DNA of 64,000 nt from Candidatus Binatia bacterium (lineage in GTDB: Bacteria > Desulfobacterota > Binatia > UBA9968 > JAJDTQ01). Position 1 is the stretch's first letter; every line of letters starts with the position of its first letter. Location: contig OY762897.2 of assembly GCA_963666515.2 (NCBI GenBank), forward strand, positions 3,008,001-3,072,000, written 5' to 3'. The translations under genes were made by a program, and so were the position numbers. This document shows positions 12,959 through 22,147 of this stretch, piece by piece. Under the pieces are notes generated by a model, which saw only the letters and a program-made list of their open reading frames with translations, was not told the origin of the DNA and did not search any database.

Positions 12959-14512
12959 TCATTCCGTTGGCGACGGTGAAAGGCCGGCGTCGTAGATCGC
13001 GCGCACCGTCTCGATGGTGTCCGCCTGCTCCGCGCGCTTGTCGGGCCGGTAACGTTTTACGCGGGCGAAGCGCAGGGCCAGACCTGCGGGATACTGCGGG
13101 CTCGCCTGAAGGTCGTTGAAGGCCACCTCCACCACCGCCTCCGGCCGCACGTACACGGTGTGCCGGTCCCGGGCGGTCTCCAGCCGCTGCAACAACTCCG
13201 TCTGCTCCATGAGCATGGCGTCTGTCAAGCCCTTGAAGGTCTTGCCGAGCATGACGAACGGGCCGCCGGACGGGTCCCGGGCGCCCAGGTGCAGGTTGCT
13301 GAGCCAGCCCCGCCGGCGGCCGTGGCCCCACTCCGCGGCCAGCACCACCAGGTCCAGGGTGTGCACGCGCTTGATCTTGAGCCAGTTGCGGCTGCGCTCG
13401 CCGGCCTCGTACAGAGCGTCCGGGGCCTTGGCCATGACCCCCTCGTGGCCCGCGGCCACGGCCGCGGCGAAGAACTCCCCGGCCGCGGCCGCACTGTCGG
13501 TGACCATCCGCGGCATCCGCAGGGCGGCCGGGACGGTGGCGGCCAGGGCGCGGACACGCTCCCGGCCGGCAGCGTCGATGAGGGTCTCGCCGTCGAGGTA
13601 GAGGCAGTCGAAGAAGTACGGGGTCAGGGGCAGCTCGCGGCGCAGCCCGGTCAGGTCGAGCTTGCGGCCGAACCGCCGCATGGTGGTCTGGAACGGATGG
13701 GGCTTGCCGTCCTGCCGGAAGGCCAGCACCTCGCCGTCCAGGATGGCTTCGCGCGCATCGAGCGTGCTGACCAACTCGACCAGCTCGGGCGCCGCTCCGG
13801 CCACGTCCCTGAGCCCCCGGCTGAACACCGCCACCTCCGACCCCACCTTGTGGACCTGCACGCGCGCGCCGTCCATCTTGTATTCGAGCGCCGCGGTGCC
13901 GAGCTGCCGCATGGCCTCGGCGACGTCGTCACAGGGCTGCGCCAGGGCCGGCAGGATGGGCCGCCCCGGCGCGAGCTGAAATCCGCTCAGCCCCACTTCA
14001 CCGTGAGTGAGGGCGACCGCGGCCACCTGTCCCAGGGATCCCGTGATGAAATAGGCCCGGCGCACGGCGCGGGACGGCAGCCCGGATGCCTTGGCCACGG
14101 CCTCCATCATGACGCCCTCCAGGGCGCCGTGACGCATCTCCCCCAGCACGAGGCGTTGGAGAAAGTCCCGCTCGGATTCCGAGGCCCGCCCCATCAGTCC
14201 GGCGAACTGCTCGGCCCGCCGCCGGCTCGATCCCGACCCGGTGGTCCGGCGCATGCTCTCGAAGCACGCATCGGTCTCGGCAAGAGTCAGGACCGGGCCG
14301 TCCGAAGCCGGCTCCGCGAGGGCATCCTTCAGCATGGACCAGCCGATGCCGATCCTGCCCTGGGGCAGCTCGCCGCACAGGTAGGCCACCGCGATGGGGA
14401 CCTCCGGCGGCTCCAGGCGACGCAGACAGTCGGCCAAGTGCCCGATCTTGGCGAGGCGGCTCGCGTTGCGCGTGACCTGCCCGGAAGTCTCGGCAAGCTC
14501 GTGCAGCTTCAT
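12959..14512 (-). CDS. ATP-dependent DNA ligase (LigB-like)
   Basis: EYKMDGARVQVH, LDGE, FFDCLY, EGVMAK, WLKIK, ALRFARV. Confidence 0.95.
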   Translation of the reverse strand: MKLHELAETSGQVTRNASRLAKIGHLADCLRRLEPPEVPIAVAYLCGELPQGRIGIGWSMLKDALAEPASDGPVLTLAETDACFESMRRTTGSGSSRRRAEQFAGLMGRASESERDFLQRLVLGEMRHGALEGVMMEAVAKASGLPSRAVRRAYFITGSLGQVAAVALTHGEVGLSGFQLAPGRPILPALAQPCDDVAEAMRQLGTAALEYKMDGARVQVHKVGSEVAVFSRGLRDVAGAAPELVELVSTLDAREAILDGEVLAFRQDGKPHPFQTTMRRFGRKLDLTGLRRELPLTPYFFDCLYLDGETLIDAAGRERVRALAATVPAALRMPRMVTDSAAAAGEFFAAAVAAGHEGVMAKAPDALYEAGERSRNWLKIKRVHTLDLVVLAAEWGHGRRRGWLSNLHLGARDPSGGPFVMLGKTFKGLTDAMLMEQTELLQRLETARDRHTVYVRPEAVVEVAFNDLQASPQYPAGLALRFARVKRYRPDKRAEQADTIETVRAIYDAGLSPSPTE

Positions 14513-14527
14513 GAAGAGGCCTCCGGA

Positions 14528-15754
14528 CTACAAGCGCAAAGCGTACAGCGGCACGTACACTTCATCGGACGACAACCCGCCATGGTTGCCCTTGTGGACC
14601 GGGGCCTTGGTCAAGGCAGCGGTCACCCGAAAGGCGTAGTCGTCCCGGGCGAGCAGAACATGATCGCCGACCCGGCCGCGCAGGGAGGGGTGCTGCCGGC
14701 CCGGCCCCAGGAGCCCGCTCTCGATCAGCTCTTCTCCCGTAATGCACACGCACGAGTCCCCCAGGCGCCGGGCCACCACGTCGTGGAAGCGCTCCACACG
14801 CCCCGGACGGACGAAACACGAGACTTGGCGGGCATCGCCGGAGGGGAGCAGCGCGAGGCAGTCGAGCAGGCCCGGGACTTCGGTCAGCTCGACCCGCTTG
14901 GGCGGCGGCGCGTCCACCACGCCGTGGTCCGCGGTGACCAGGAGCAAAGTCCCGGTCCCGGCCAGCCGGTCCGCCAGGCGCCCGAGGTACCGGTCGATCT
15001 CGGCCAGGTGCCGCCGCGTTTCCCTGGCCTGAACGCCCTTGTCGTGACAGAGGGTGTCGTAGAGAGGCCAGTAGACATACGCGAGGCCGCCGCGTGCGCC
15101 CTGACGGGCGAAGCGCGCGATCTGCCGCTCCATGCCCGTCAGGGTCTTGAAGGCGCCGTAGCCGTTCCAGCGGGTGCCCGCGTTGGAATAGGCGCTCCGG
15201 CCCAGGGCGCCGAACGACAGCAGCCGCTTGTGCCGGCGCACCGACGACAGGTACGAGGGCAGCCCCAGGTAGCGCCGCAGGTTGAAATCGTCCCGGGTCA
15301 TCGGGCTGCCCGTGAGGGTCCGCCCCGGCAGCACCGCGCCGACGAGGCCCAGGTCGTGCAGGTGCAGATGCCAGCTCAGCACGCCGTGCTCGGCCGGCGT
15401 GGCGCCCGTCGAGAAGGTCGTCACCGCCGCCGCGGTGGTGCTGGGAAAGACCGTGGTGATGCGCTCGCAGGGGTGCCTGGAAAAGAAACGGCCGCCGCCC
15501 CCGGCAGCCGTGAACCGGCGCAGTTGATTGTACCCCACGCCGTCGAGCAGCAGGCAGACGGTGCGCGAGACGCCGTCGAACAACCGCGTATCCGGGACCT
15601 TGAGCCTGGGATGAGGAGAGGCGCCGCCCAGCGCGTGAACGACGGACGAGAGCAGGTTCACGATGGAGCCGCCGTCGTAGTCGGGGAAGTGGAACCCGCC
15701 CGCGGTCTTCAGGCGCTGGAGGACTCGGGCGTTGCCGCCGTGAGACTGGTTCAT
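14528..15754 (-). CDS. Alkaline phosphatase superfamily / nucleotide pyrophosphatase
   Basis: LLDGVG, TVFPSTTAAA, DTLCH, TADHG, HGGLS; start chosen at ATG 15754 (uncertain). Confidence 0.85.
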   Translation of the reverse strand: MNQSHGGNARVLQRLKTAGGFHFPDYDGGSIVNLLSSVVHALGGASPHPRLKVPDTRLFDGVSRTVCLLLDGVGYNQLRRFTAAGGGGRFFSRHPCERITTVFPSTTAAAVTTFSTGATPAEHGVLSWHLHLHDLGLVGAVLPGRTLTGSPMTRDDFNLRRYLGLPSYLSSVRRHKRLLSFGALGRSAYSNAGTRWNGYGAFKTLTGMERQIARFARQGARGGLAYVYWPLYDTLCHDKGVQARETRRHLAEIDRYLGRLADRLAGTGTLLLVTADHGVVDAPPPKRVELTEVPGLLDCLALLPSGDARQVSCFVRPGRVERFHDVVARRLGDSCVCITGEELIESGLLGPGRQHPSLRGRVGDHVLLARDDYAFRVTAALTKAPVHKGNHGGLSSDEVYVPLYALRL

Positions 15755-15863
15755 GGGCGATGTCACGATTCCGGCCATGCGGCCGTCTTGAACGATAGAA
15801 CAGCACCGGTGGTCGAGCAACCGTTCCTGACCCTTGACTCGTGGAAAGGGAATCTGAGAAGAA

Positions 15864-17837
15864 ATGTACGACCCTCCTGAACGGTGGCCCTGCGACGTGA
15901 ACGAAACCCAAAGCGGATCCGAGACCTCCGGCAACCCGACCGTGATCCGGCTCCTGATCGTCGGCTTGTCGTTGTTCCTCGCCCTTTTCCACCTGTACAC
16001 CGGCGTGTTCGGCACTCTGAATGCGATGCTACAACGCAGCATTCATTTAGGGGTCGCCCTGGTGCTGGTCTTCCTGATTTATCCCTCAAAAAGGGGGAGC
16101 AAGGGCACGCCGGGCGTCTCCAATTACATTTTCCTGGCGCTCACGATCGTGTCGATGGGCTATCTCTATTGGAATGCCGAGTATCTGACCCAAGAGCGCA
16201 TCTCCATGTTGACACCGGCCACGTTGATCGAGACGGCTCTTGGCATTTGCCTGATATCGGTCGTTCTCGAAGGCGTGCGAAGAACGCTCGGTATGCCTCT
16301 GGCCGTCGTCGTTGCCGTGTTCATCCTCTACTACGTCGTCGGCCCGTATTTCCCGTCCGACGGCATCGGCTATGCGGCGCTCGGCTACGAAGTCTTTATC
16401 GACAATCAATACCTGTCGCTGGCCGGCATGTTCGGCCTGGCGCTGGGCATCTCGGCCACGTTCCTGCCGCTGTTCATCATCTTCGGACGCATCATGCACG
16501 CCACCGGTTTCGGCGGCTTCCTGACGGACTTCGCCATGGGCGTCGCGGGGCGGACCCGGGGCGGGCCGGCGAAAGTTGCGATCATTTCCAGCGCGCTCTT
16601 CGGCACCATCAACGGCAGCGCCACGGCGAATGCGCTGACCACGGGCAATTTCACCATCCCGCTGATGAAGCGGTCCGGCTACTCGAATCACTTTTCCGCC
16701 GGGGTCGAGGCATCCGCCTCGACCGGCGGCCAGATAATGCCGCCGATCATGGGAGCGGCCGCCTTCCTGATGGCCGAGTTCGCCAGGATTCCCTACGTCA
16801 CCATCATGCAGTACGCGATCTTTCCGGCGATCCTCTTCTTCCTGGGCATCTTCGTCACGGTCGACCTGGAGGCCAAGAAGCTGCGGCTCAAGGGCCTCGA
16901 CAGCGACGAACTGCCGGACTGGAAATCCCAGGTTCCGAAATATCTTCATTTGCTGGTGCCCATCGGAATCCTGATCTGGCTGATCGTCCAGAACCGCTCG
17001 CTGATGTATTCGATAACGGTCTCGATCATCGCCTTGTTCGTCTTCGCCTATTTGCGCAGCGCCACCCGCATGAACTGGCGGGCGCTGTTCGACGCCCTGG
17101 TGGCGTCGAGCCGCGACATTCTCGGAGTCGCCATGGCGACGGCGGCGGTCGGCATCATCGTCGGGATCGTCGGTCTGACGGGGCTGGGGATCAAGCTCTC
17201 TTCCCTGATGGTGGACCTCAGCGTCGGCAACCTGCTGGCGTCGCTGCTGCTTGCGTTCCTGGGCGCGATGGTCCTCGGAATGACCATGAACACCTCGGCG
17301 GTCTATCTGCTGCTGGTGGCGCTGATCATACCGGGGCTGCTCAAGGTCGGTCTGGCGGTGCCGCAGGCGCACTTCTTCGGCTTCTACTTCGGCGTGCTGG
17401 CCCAGGTCACCCCTCCGGTGGCCGTGACCGCCTACGCGGCTGCGGGGCTTGCCCAGGCCGACCTGAACAAGACGGGCTATGCCGCGGTCAAGCTGTGCGC
17501 GTCGGGCTTCGTGGTCCCGTTCATGTTCGCGTACTCGCCCGAATTGATGTTGATCGGCTCCTGGCAGGACATCGCCATCGCCGTACCGTCCGCCTTGATC
17601 GGCGTCTACGTGGTGTCGGTGGTGGCGTCGGCGTACTGGCTGACGCGGATGCGCTGGTATGAACGCCTGGTGGCGCTGGGTGGCGCCCTTCTGAGCATTT
17701 TCCCGGGAATCTGGTCCGATATCACCGGCCTCGCGCTGATCGCGCTCGTGTTGGCCAGCCAGTTCAAGCGCGTCCGGGACGAAGACGGGCGCGCAGGGAT
17801 CCGCGAGTATGACGTTGATGCAGGTGTCACGAAGTGA
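15864..17837 (+). CDS. TRAP transporter fused 4TM/12TM permease
   Basis: Many TM segments; GGPAKVA, VEASASTGGQIMPPIMGAAAFLMAE, VTPPVA. Confidence 0.93.
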   Translation: MYDPPERWPCDVNETQSGSETSGNPTVIRLLIVGLSLFLALFHLYTGVFGTLNAMLQRSIHLGVALVLVFLIYPSKRGSKGTPGVSNYIFLALTIVSMGYLYWNAEYLTQERISMLTPATLIETALGICLISVVLEGVRRTLGMPLAVVVAVFILYYVVGPYFPSDGIGYAALGYEVFIDNQYLSLAGMFGLALGISATFLPLFIIFGRIMHATGFGGFLTDFAMGVAGRTRGGPAKVAIISSALFGTINGSATANALTTGNFTIPLMKRSGYSNHFSAGVEASASTGGQIMPPIMGAAAFLMAEFARIPYVTIMQYAIFPAILFFLGIFVTVDLEAKKLRLKGLDSDELPDWKSQVPKYLHLLVPIGILIWLIVQNRSLMYSITVSIIALFVFAYLRSATRMNWRALFDALVASSRDILGVAMATAAVGIIVGIVGLTGLGIKLSSLMVDLSVGNLLASLLLAFLGAMVLGMTMNTSAVYLLLVALIIPGLLKVGLAVPQAHFFGFYFGVLAQVTPPVAVTAYAAAGLAQADLNKTGYAAVKLCASGFVVPFMFAYSPELMLIGSWQDIAIAVPSALIGVYVVSVVASAYWLTRMRWYERLVALGGALLSIFPGIWSDITGLALIALVLASQFKRVRDEDGRAGIREYDVDAGVTK

Positions 17838-17923
17838 GAAAGGAGGACAATAGCCAGGCCCTTTGGAATGCGTTCAACAACACGGCCCTATCCGCTGACC
17901 GTCAATACCAAGGAGGAAATGTC

Positions 17924-18901
17924 ATGAACAAAGGGAAATCGGCGGCGCTCTTCGCCGCGGCTGTCCTGATCTCGATTTCGGTCGCGTTCTCCGGCATCCC
18001 GAACGCGGCCGCCCAGAGCAAGACGGTTGACTTTTTCCTGGCCACCTCCGGGCCGGGCAGTTCGTTCTATCCGCTTTCGGTGGCTCTCGCGGAGGTGTGG
18101 AAGAAAAACATTCCCGGACTCAACGTCAGCCTGGCGCCGGGCGGCGGTGTCGGATCGGTGGTCGCCACCGGCACGGCCAAGGCTCATGTGGGCATGACGC
18201 TCTCCAGCGCCGCGGTGGACGGGATCAAGGGCAGACCTCCCTTTCCGCAACCGCATCCGGACGTGCGCGCCCTGGCATCGCTCGACCCGCAAGCCTTCCA
18301 GTTCCTTGCCTACAAGCGGTCGGGGCTCACCAAGCTTGAAGATCTGGCCGGCAAGCGTGTCTATGTCAAGCCGAAGAGATTCGCCGCCCATGCCATCAAT
18401 CTTCTGGTGCTGAAGGTTCACGGAATGACGCTCGACAGCCTCTCGAAGGCCGAGACGGTGTCCAAGCCCGACGCGGTCAACCTGTTCAAGGACGGCCACG
18501 TCGATGCGATGCTGTGGATGGGGCCGGTTCCGGACTCGCTGATCATGAACGCCTCGCTCAACCGTCCCATCAATCTTCTGCGGATATCCGATGCGAAGAA
18601 GCAGGAGCTTCGGAAGATCAACCCGGGCATCGTTCCGCTGGTGCTGCCCAAGGGGCTTTACCCCGGCGTGGATGCGGATTTCCAAACCCTGTCCGTGCCG
18701 CGCGTGCTGGTCATGAGCAAGAACGTTTCGGACGACAAGGCCTACAGCCTGGCGAAGACCCTGGTGGAGAAATGGGAAGACCTGAAACTGGCGGATCCCG
18801 GGCTCAAGCTGGTGAAGGTCGAGAGCACCGCCACCGACTTCGGCGTCACCTATCATCCGGGCGCCGCCAAGTACTACAAGGAACGAGGGTGGATGAAATA
18901 G
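17924..18901 (+). CDS. TAXI family TRAP solute-binding protein
   Basis: AGGAGG RBS, signal peptide, ATSGPGSSFY, DGHVDA, HPGAAKYYKERG. Confidence 0.9.
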   Translation: MNKGKSAALFAAAVLISISVAFSGIPNAAAQSKTVDFFLATSGPGSSFYPLSVALAEVWKKNIPGLNVSLAPGGGVGSVVATGTAKAHVGMTLSSAAVDGIKGRPPFPQPHPDVRALASLDPQAFQFLAYKRSGLTKLEDLAGKRVYVKPKRFAAHAINLLVLKVHGMTLDSLSKAETVSKPDAVNLFKDGHVDAMLWMGPVPDSLIMNASLNRPINLLRISDAKKQELRKINPGIVPLVLPKGLYPGVDADFQTLSVPRVLVMSKNVSDDKAYSLAKTLVEKWEDLKLADPGLKLVKVESTATDFGVTYHPGAAKYYKERGWMK

Positions 18902-18994
18902 GGCTACCGGGTGGACGAAGGGATCGATCCCGTTCGCCGGGTCCCCGCCCGGCGACGCGGGGTCGGTCCCGCTTCGTCGCCTGCGTCAACCAGA

Positions 18995-20041
18995 ATGAAG
19001 GGGAAGACATTGCCGGCACTTGAGTCCACGAAGGACAGATTCGAACGAATGCTCCTGATCCGGCGGTTCGAGGAAGGCATGTTGCGCCTGCACGGGCGGG
19101 GCATCCTGCCGTGCCACTTTCACGTCTCGATCGGGCAGGAAGCCACCGCGGTCGCGGTCTGCGGCGCCGCGGAGGAGCATGACGTGCTCTTTACCAATCA
19201 CCGGAGCAACGGCCACCTGATCGCCCGCGGCGCCGATCCGGGATGGATGTTCGCTGAGCAGTTGGGCCGCGTCGGCGGCAACACCAACGGCAAAGGCGGA
19301 ACGCTGCACATGATCGCGCCCGAGCTGGGGATGCCCTGGACCACTTCGCTGGTCGGATGCAGCGTCCCGATGGCGGTGGGCGCGGCCCTGATCCACAAGC
19401 AGCAGCGCCGGCCCGGCGTCGTCATCGCCTTCTTCGGTGACGGCGTGATGGAGGAGGGCGCCTTTTACGAGGGGATCAACCTGGCCGCCTTGTGGCACGT
19501 GCCGCTTGTTTGTGTCTGCGAGAACAACGGCGTGCCGACCGAGCTGCGAAAGCTCGACACCACGCAGCCCTCCACGTTTCTGGCCAGACGCCTCGCCGAC
19601 ATTCCGTCCGCGTTCGGCATCCCCTGCGCCACCATCGACGGCGCCGACGTGGAGGGGCTGTTCGACCTGATGACGGAGGTGGTGGGCACGGTTCGGCGCG
19701 ACCTGGCGCCGTATTTCGTCGAGGTCCGCACGACGCGCTATCCGGGCAACCGGGCCCTGTGGCCGGAGCTGGCGGGGGCGGAAACCGACCTCGCCTGGGC
19801 CTGGGACGAAGGTGAACCGCCCGAGCAACTGGCCGCCTGGAGCCGGGACAGCGATCCGCTGATGGGCTTTGTTCGGAGGCTGCTGGCCCAGGGCGCGGTC
19901 TCCCGCGATGACGTAACCCGGATCGATGCCGCCATCGCCGCGCGGATCGATGAGGCGATGGAGTCCGCCATCCGCAGCCCGCAGCCGCCGCCCGATAGCG
20001 CTTACGGGGATGTCTGGGCCGCTCGGGAGGGCTCGTCATGA
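18995..20041 (+). CDS. ThDP-dependent dehydrogenase E1 alpha-like subunit
   Basis: IRRFEE, GQEA, NHR, GKGGTLH, ThDP motif FGDG...CENN; start uncertain. Confidence 0.88.
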   Translation: MKGKTLPALESTKDRFERMLLIRRFEEGMLRLHGRGILPCHFHVSIGQEATAVAVCGAAEEHDVLFTNHRSNGHLIARGADPGWMFAEQLGRVGGNTNGKGGTLHMIAPELGMPWTTSLVGCSVPMAVGAALIHKQQRRPGVVIAFFGDGVMEEGAFYEGINLAALWHVPLVCVCENNGVPTELRKLDTTQPSTFLARRLADIPSAFGIPCATIDGADVEGLFDLMTEVVGTVRRDLAPYFVEVRTTRYPGNRALWPELAGAETDLAWAWDEGEPPEQLAAWSRDSDPLMGFVRRLLAQGAVSRDDVTRIDAAIAARIDEAMESAIRSPQPPPDSAYGDVWAAREGSS

Positions 20042-21036
20042 AGATGTCGTACTTGAAGGGCCTTGCGCTCGCCATCGACGAAGCCATGGCGGCTGAGCCC
20101 CGGGTCATTCTGATGGGCTCTCGCATGGGCGGCCACCTCACCGCGCAGGAAAACGAGGCATTCGCCGGCGTGCTGGATCGCTACGCGGAGCGAATTTTCA
20201 TGAACGTGCCCATCGCCGAATTCGGGCTCGCCGGCGCCGCGGTCGGCGCCTCCCTGGCGGGCGGCCGGCCGCTCCTGAGCTTCAACATCGGCAGTTTCAT
20301 GCTGCATGGCTTCCCGCCGATCGTGAACGAGGCTCCCAACGTACACTACACCACCGGAGGACGGTGCAGCGCGCCGGTCACGTATTACGCGCTGGGCGGC
20401 ATCCGGGGGGGCGGTTCGTCCCAGCATTCGCATCGGTTGCAGGCGATGCTGGGCAACGTTCCGGGGCTGCAGATACTTGCGCCGGCAACGGCCGGCGACG
20501 CCTATGGACTGCTCAAATGGTGCCTGCTCGAGAGCCGGAACCCGACGGTCTTCTTCGCGCACACCGATTTGCTCCTGTCCGAGGACGAGGCCGATGGGGC
20601 GTCGCCGTTGTTGCCCGTCGGGTCGGCCCGCATCAGCCGGGCCGGACACGACATCACCCTGATCGCGCATTCCGTGACGGTGCCGAGGGCCCTCGCCGCG
20701 GCGGACGCCCTGGCGGCGGATCACGGCGTTTCCGCCGAAGTGATCGACCTGCGGACGCTGGCGCCGCTCGACGCGGCGACCGTGGTCGACTCCGTACGAA
20801 AGACCGGACACGCGGTGGTCGTCGACGAGTGCCACAAGAGCTTCGGCGTCAACGCCGAAATCGCGGCCACGCTGGCGGAAGCGGCCTTGTCCCATCTGAA
20901 GGCGCCCATTGGCCGTGTGGCCACGGCCGACGTGCCGATCCCCTACAACCTGAGCCTGGAGCGCGAGATCAGCGTGACCCCGGACAAGATCGTCCAGGGA
21001 GCGCTGTCAACGCTGGAGGGTCGAGCGTCGTGTTGA
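20038..21036 (+). CDS. ThDP-dependent dehydrogenase E1 beta-like subunit
   Basis: PIAEFG, QHS, EVIDLRTLAPLD, SVRKTG; ATGA overlap with the alpha subunit. Confidence 0.88.
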   Translation: MKMSYLKGLALAIDEAMAAEPRVILMGSRMGGHLTAQENEAFAGVLDRYAERIFMNVPIAEFGLAGAAVGASLAGGRPLLSFNIGSFMLHGFPPIVNEAPNVHYTTGGRCSAPVTYYALGGIRGGGSSQHSHRLQAMLGNVPGLQILAPATAGDAYGLLKWCLLESRNPTVFFAHTDLLLSEDEADGASPLLPVGSARISRAGHDITLIAHSVTVPRALAAADALAADHGVSAEVIDLRTLAPLDAATVVDSVRKTGHAVVVDECHKSFGVNAEIAATLAEAALSHLKAPIGRVATADVPIPYNLSLEREISVTPDKIVQGALSTLEGRASC

Positions 21037-21076
21037 CGGAAACACGAGACACCCGTGTTCGGATGAGGTGCCGGAC

Positions 21077-22057
21077 ATGAAGGCGATGGTCGTTGTCCAG
21101 AGGAACGGACGCGGAGAGCTGGTGCTGCAAGATGTTCCCGAACCCGTTGCGGGCGAGGGCCAGGTAGCGATCCGCATGGAGGGGACCGCCGTCAGTTTCG
21201 GCGACATCGAGATGCGCAAGGGCGATTACCATACCCCTCGCAAGCCGCCGGTCATCCCGGGACACGACGTCGCCGGCACCTTGGCGGCCCTGGGGCCAGG
21301 GACGACCGGGTTCCGCGTCGGCGAGCGGGTCACGGCGATCTCGCTCACCGGGACCTACGCCGACATCGTCGTGGCGCCCGCGGCCATAACATGGTCGCTG
21401 CCGGACGAGATCGACATCATCTCGGCCGCGGCCTTGCCGACCAATGGCGTAACGTCCTACAACCTGCTCACCATGGCCGGACGCTTGGCCGCGGGCGAAA
21501 CGGTGTTGATCCACGCCGCCGCGGGCGGCGTAGGGACAACCACCTGCCAGTTGGCCAAGCTGCTCGGCGCCGGCACGGTCATCGGCACCGTCGGTGACGA
21601 ATCCAAGGCCGATCTGGCCCGAAGCCTCGGCTGCGACCACGTCATCCTGTACCGGACGGAACCCATCGCTTCCCGGGTCATGTCCATCACGGGGGGCAAG
21701 GGGGCCGATGTGATTCTCGATTCGATAGGGGGCTCGGTCACCGAGCAGAACCTCGCCTGCCTGGCCCCCTGGGGCCGCATTGTCGCCTGTGGCAAGTCAA
21801 GCGGGACTGCCGGGCAGATCCCGACCGACCTCCTGCACGCCGGAAACAAGGCCGCGATCGGGTACAGCACCGGCGGGCACCGCTACGAAAGGCCGGAAGC
21901 GTTGCGGCCGGCCGGCGACACGGTGCTCGGCTACCTGCGCTCGAAGCAACTGAAAATCGTGGTGAGCGCCCAATTTCCCCTCACCGAGGCCAACGCGGCA
22001 CTGGACCTAGTGGCAAGCCGCAAGAGCACCGGAAGGGTCGTCCTGACCAACTCCTGA
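21077..22057 (+). CDS. NADPH:quinone oxidoreductase (MDR family)
   Basis: PVIPGHDVAG, IHAAAGGVG, KGADVILDSIGG, STGRVVL. Confidence 0.9.
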   Translation: MKAMVVVQRNGRGELVLQDVPEPVAGEGQVAIRMEGTAVSFGDIEMRKGDYHTPRKPPVIPGHDVAGTLAALGPGTTGFRVGERVTAISLTGTYADIVVAPAAITWSLPDEIDIISAAALPTNGVTSYNLLTMAGRLAAGETVLIHAAAGGVGTTTCQLAKLLGAGTVIGTVGDESKADLARSLGCDHVILYRTEPIASRVMSITGGKGADVILDSIGGSVTEQNLACLAPWGRIVACGKSSGTAGQIPTDLLHAGNKAAIGYSTGGHRYERPEALRPAGDTVLGYLRSKQLKIVVSAQFPLTEANAALDLVASRKSTGRVVLTNS

Positions 22058-22147
22058 CGGTCTGCCGACGCAACACTCAGGCCGAGCAATGATGCGAGTT
22101 TCCACCAACGCCGCTACAAGAGGCCATCGTAGCCAAGGAGGTCCTGG

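Noticed and set aside
11133-15754. Macrodomain + ligase + pyrophosphatase as an ADP-ribosylation or repair system
   Set aside because: No ADP-ribosyltransferase or Ku nearby, and unrelated metabolic genes are interleaved; co-orientation alone is insufficient.
13160-15880. Long antisense or alternate-frame ORFs (906 aa here; also 54680-57112, 4844-6898 and 11503-13119)
   Set aside because: Shadow ORFs of high-GC genes, with no motifs and overlapping well-supported CDSs.
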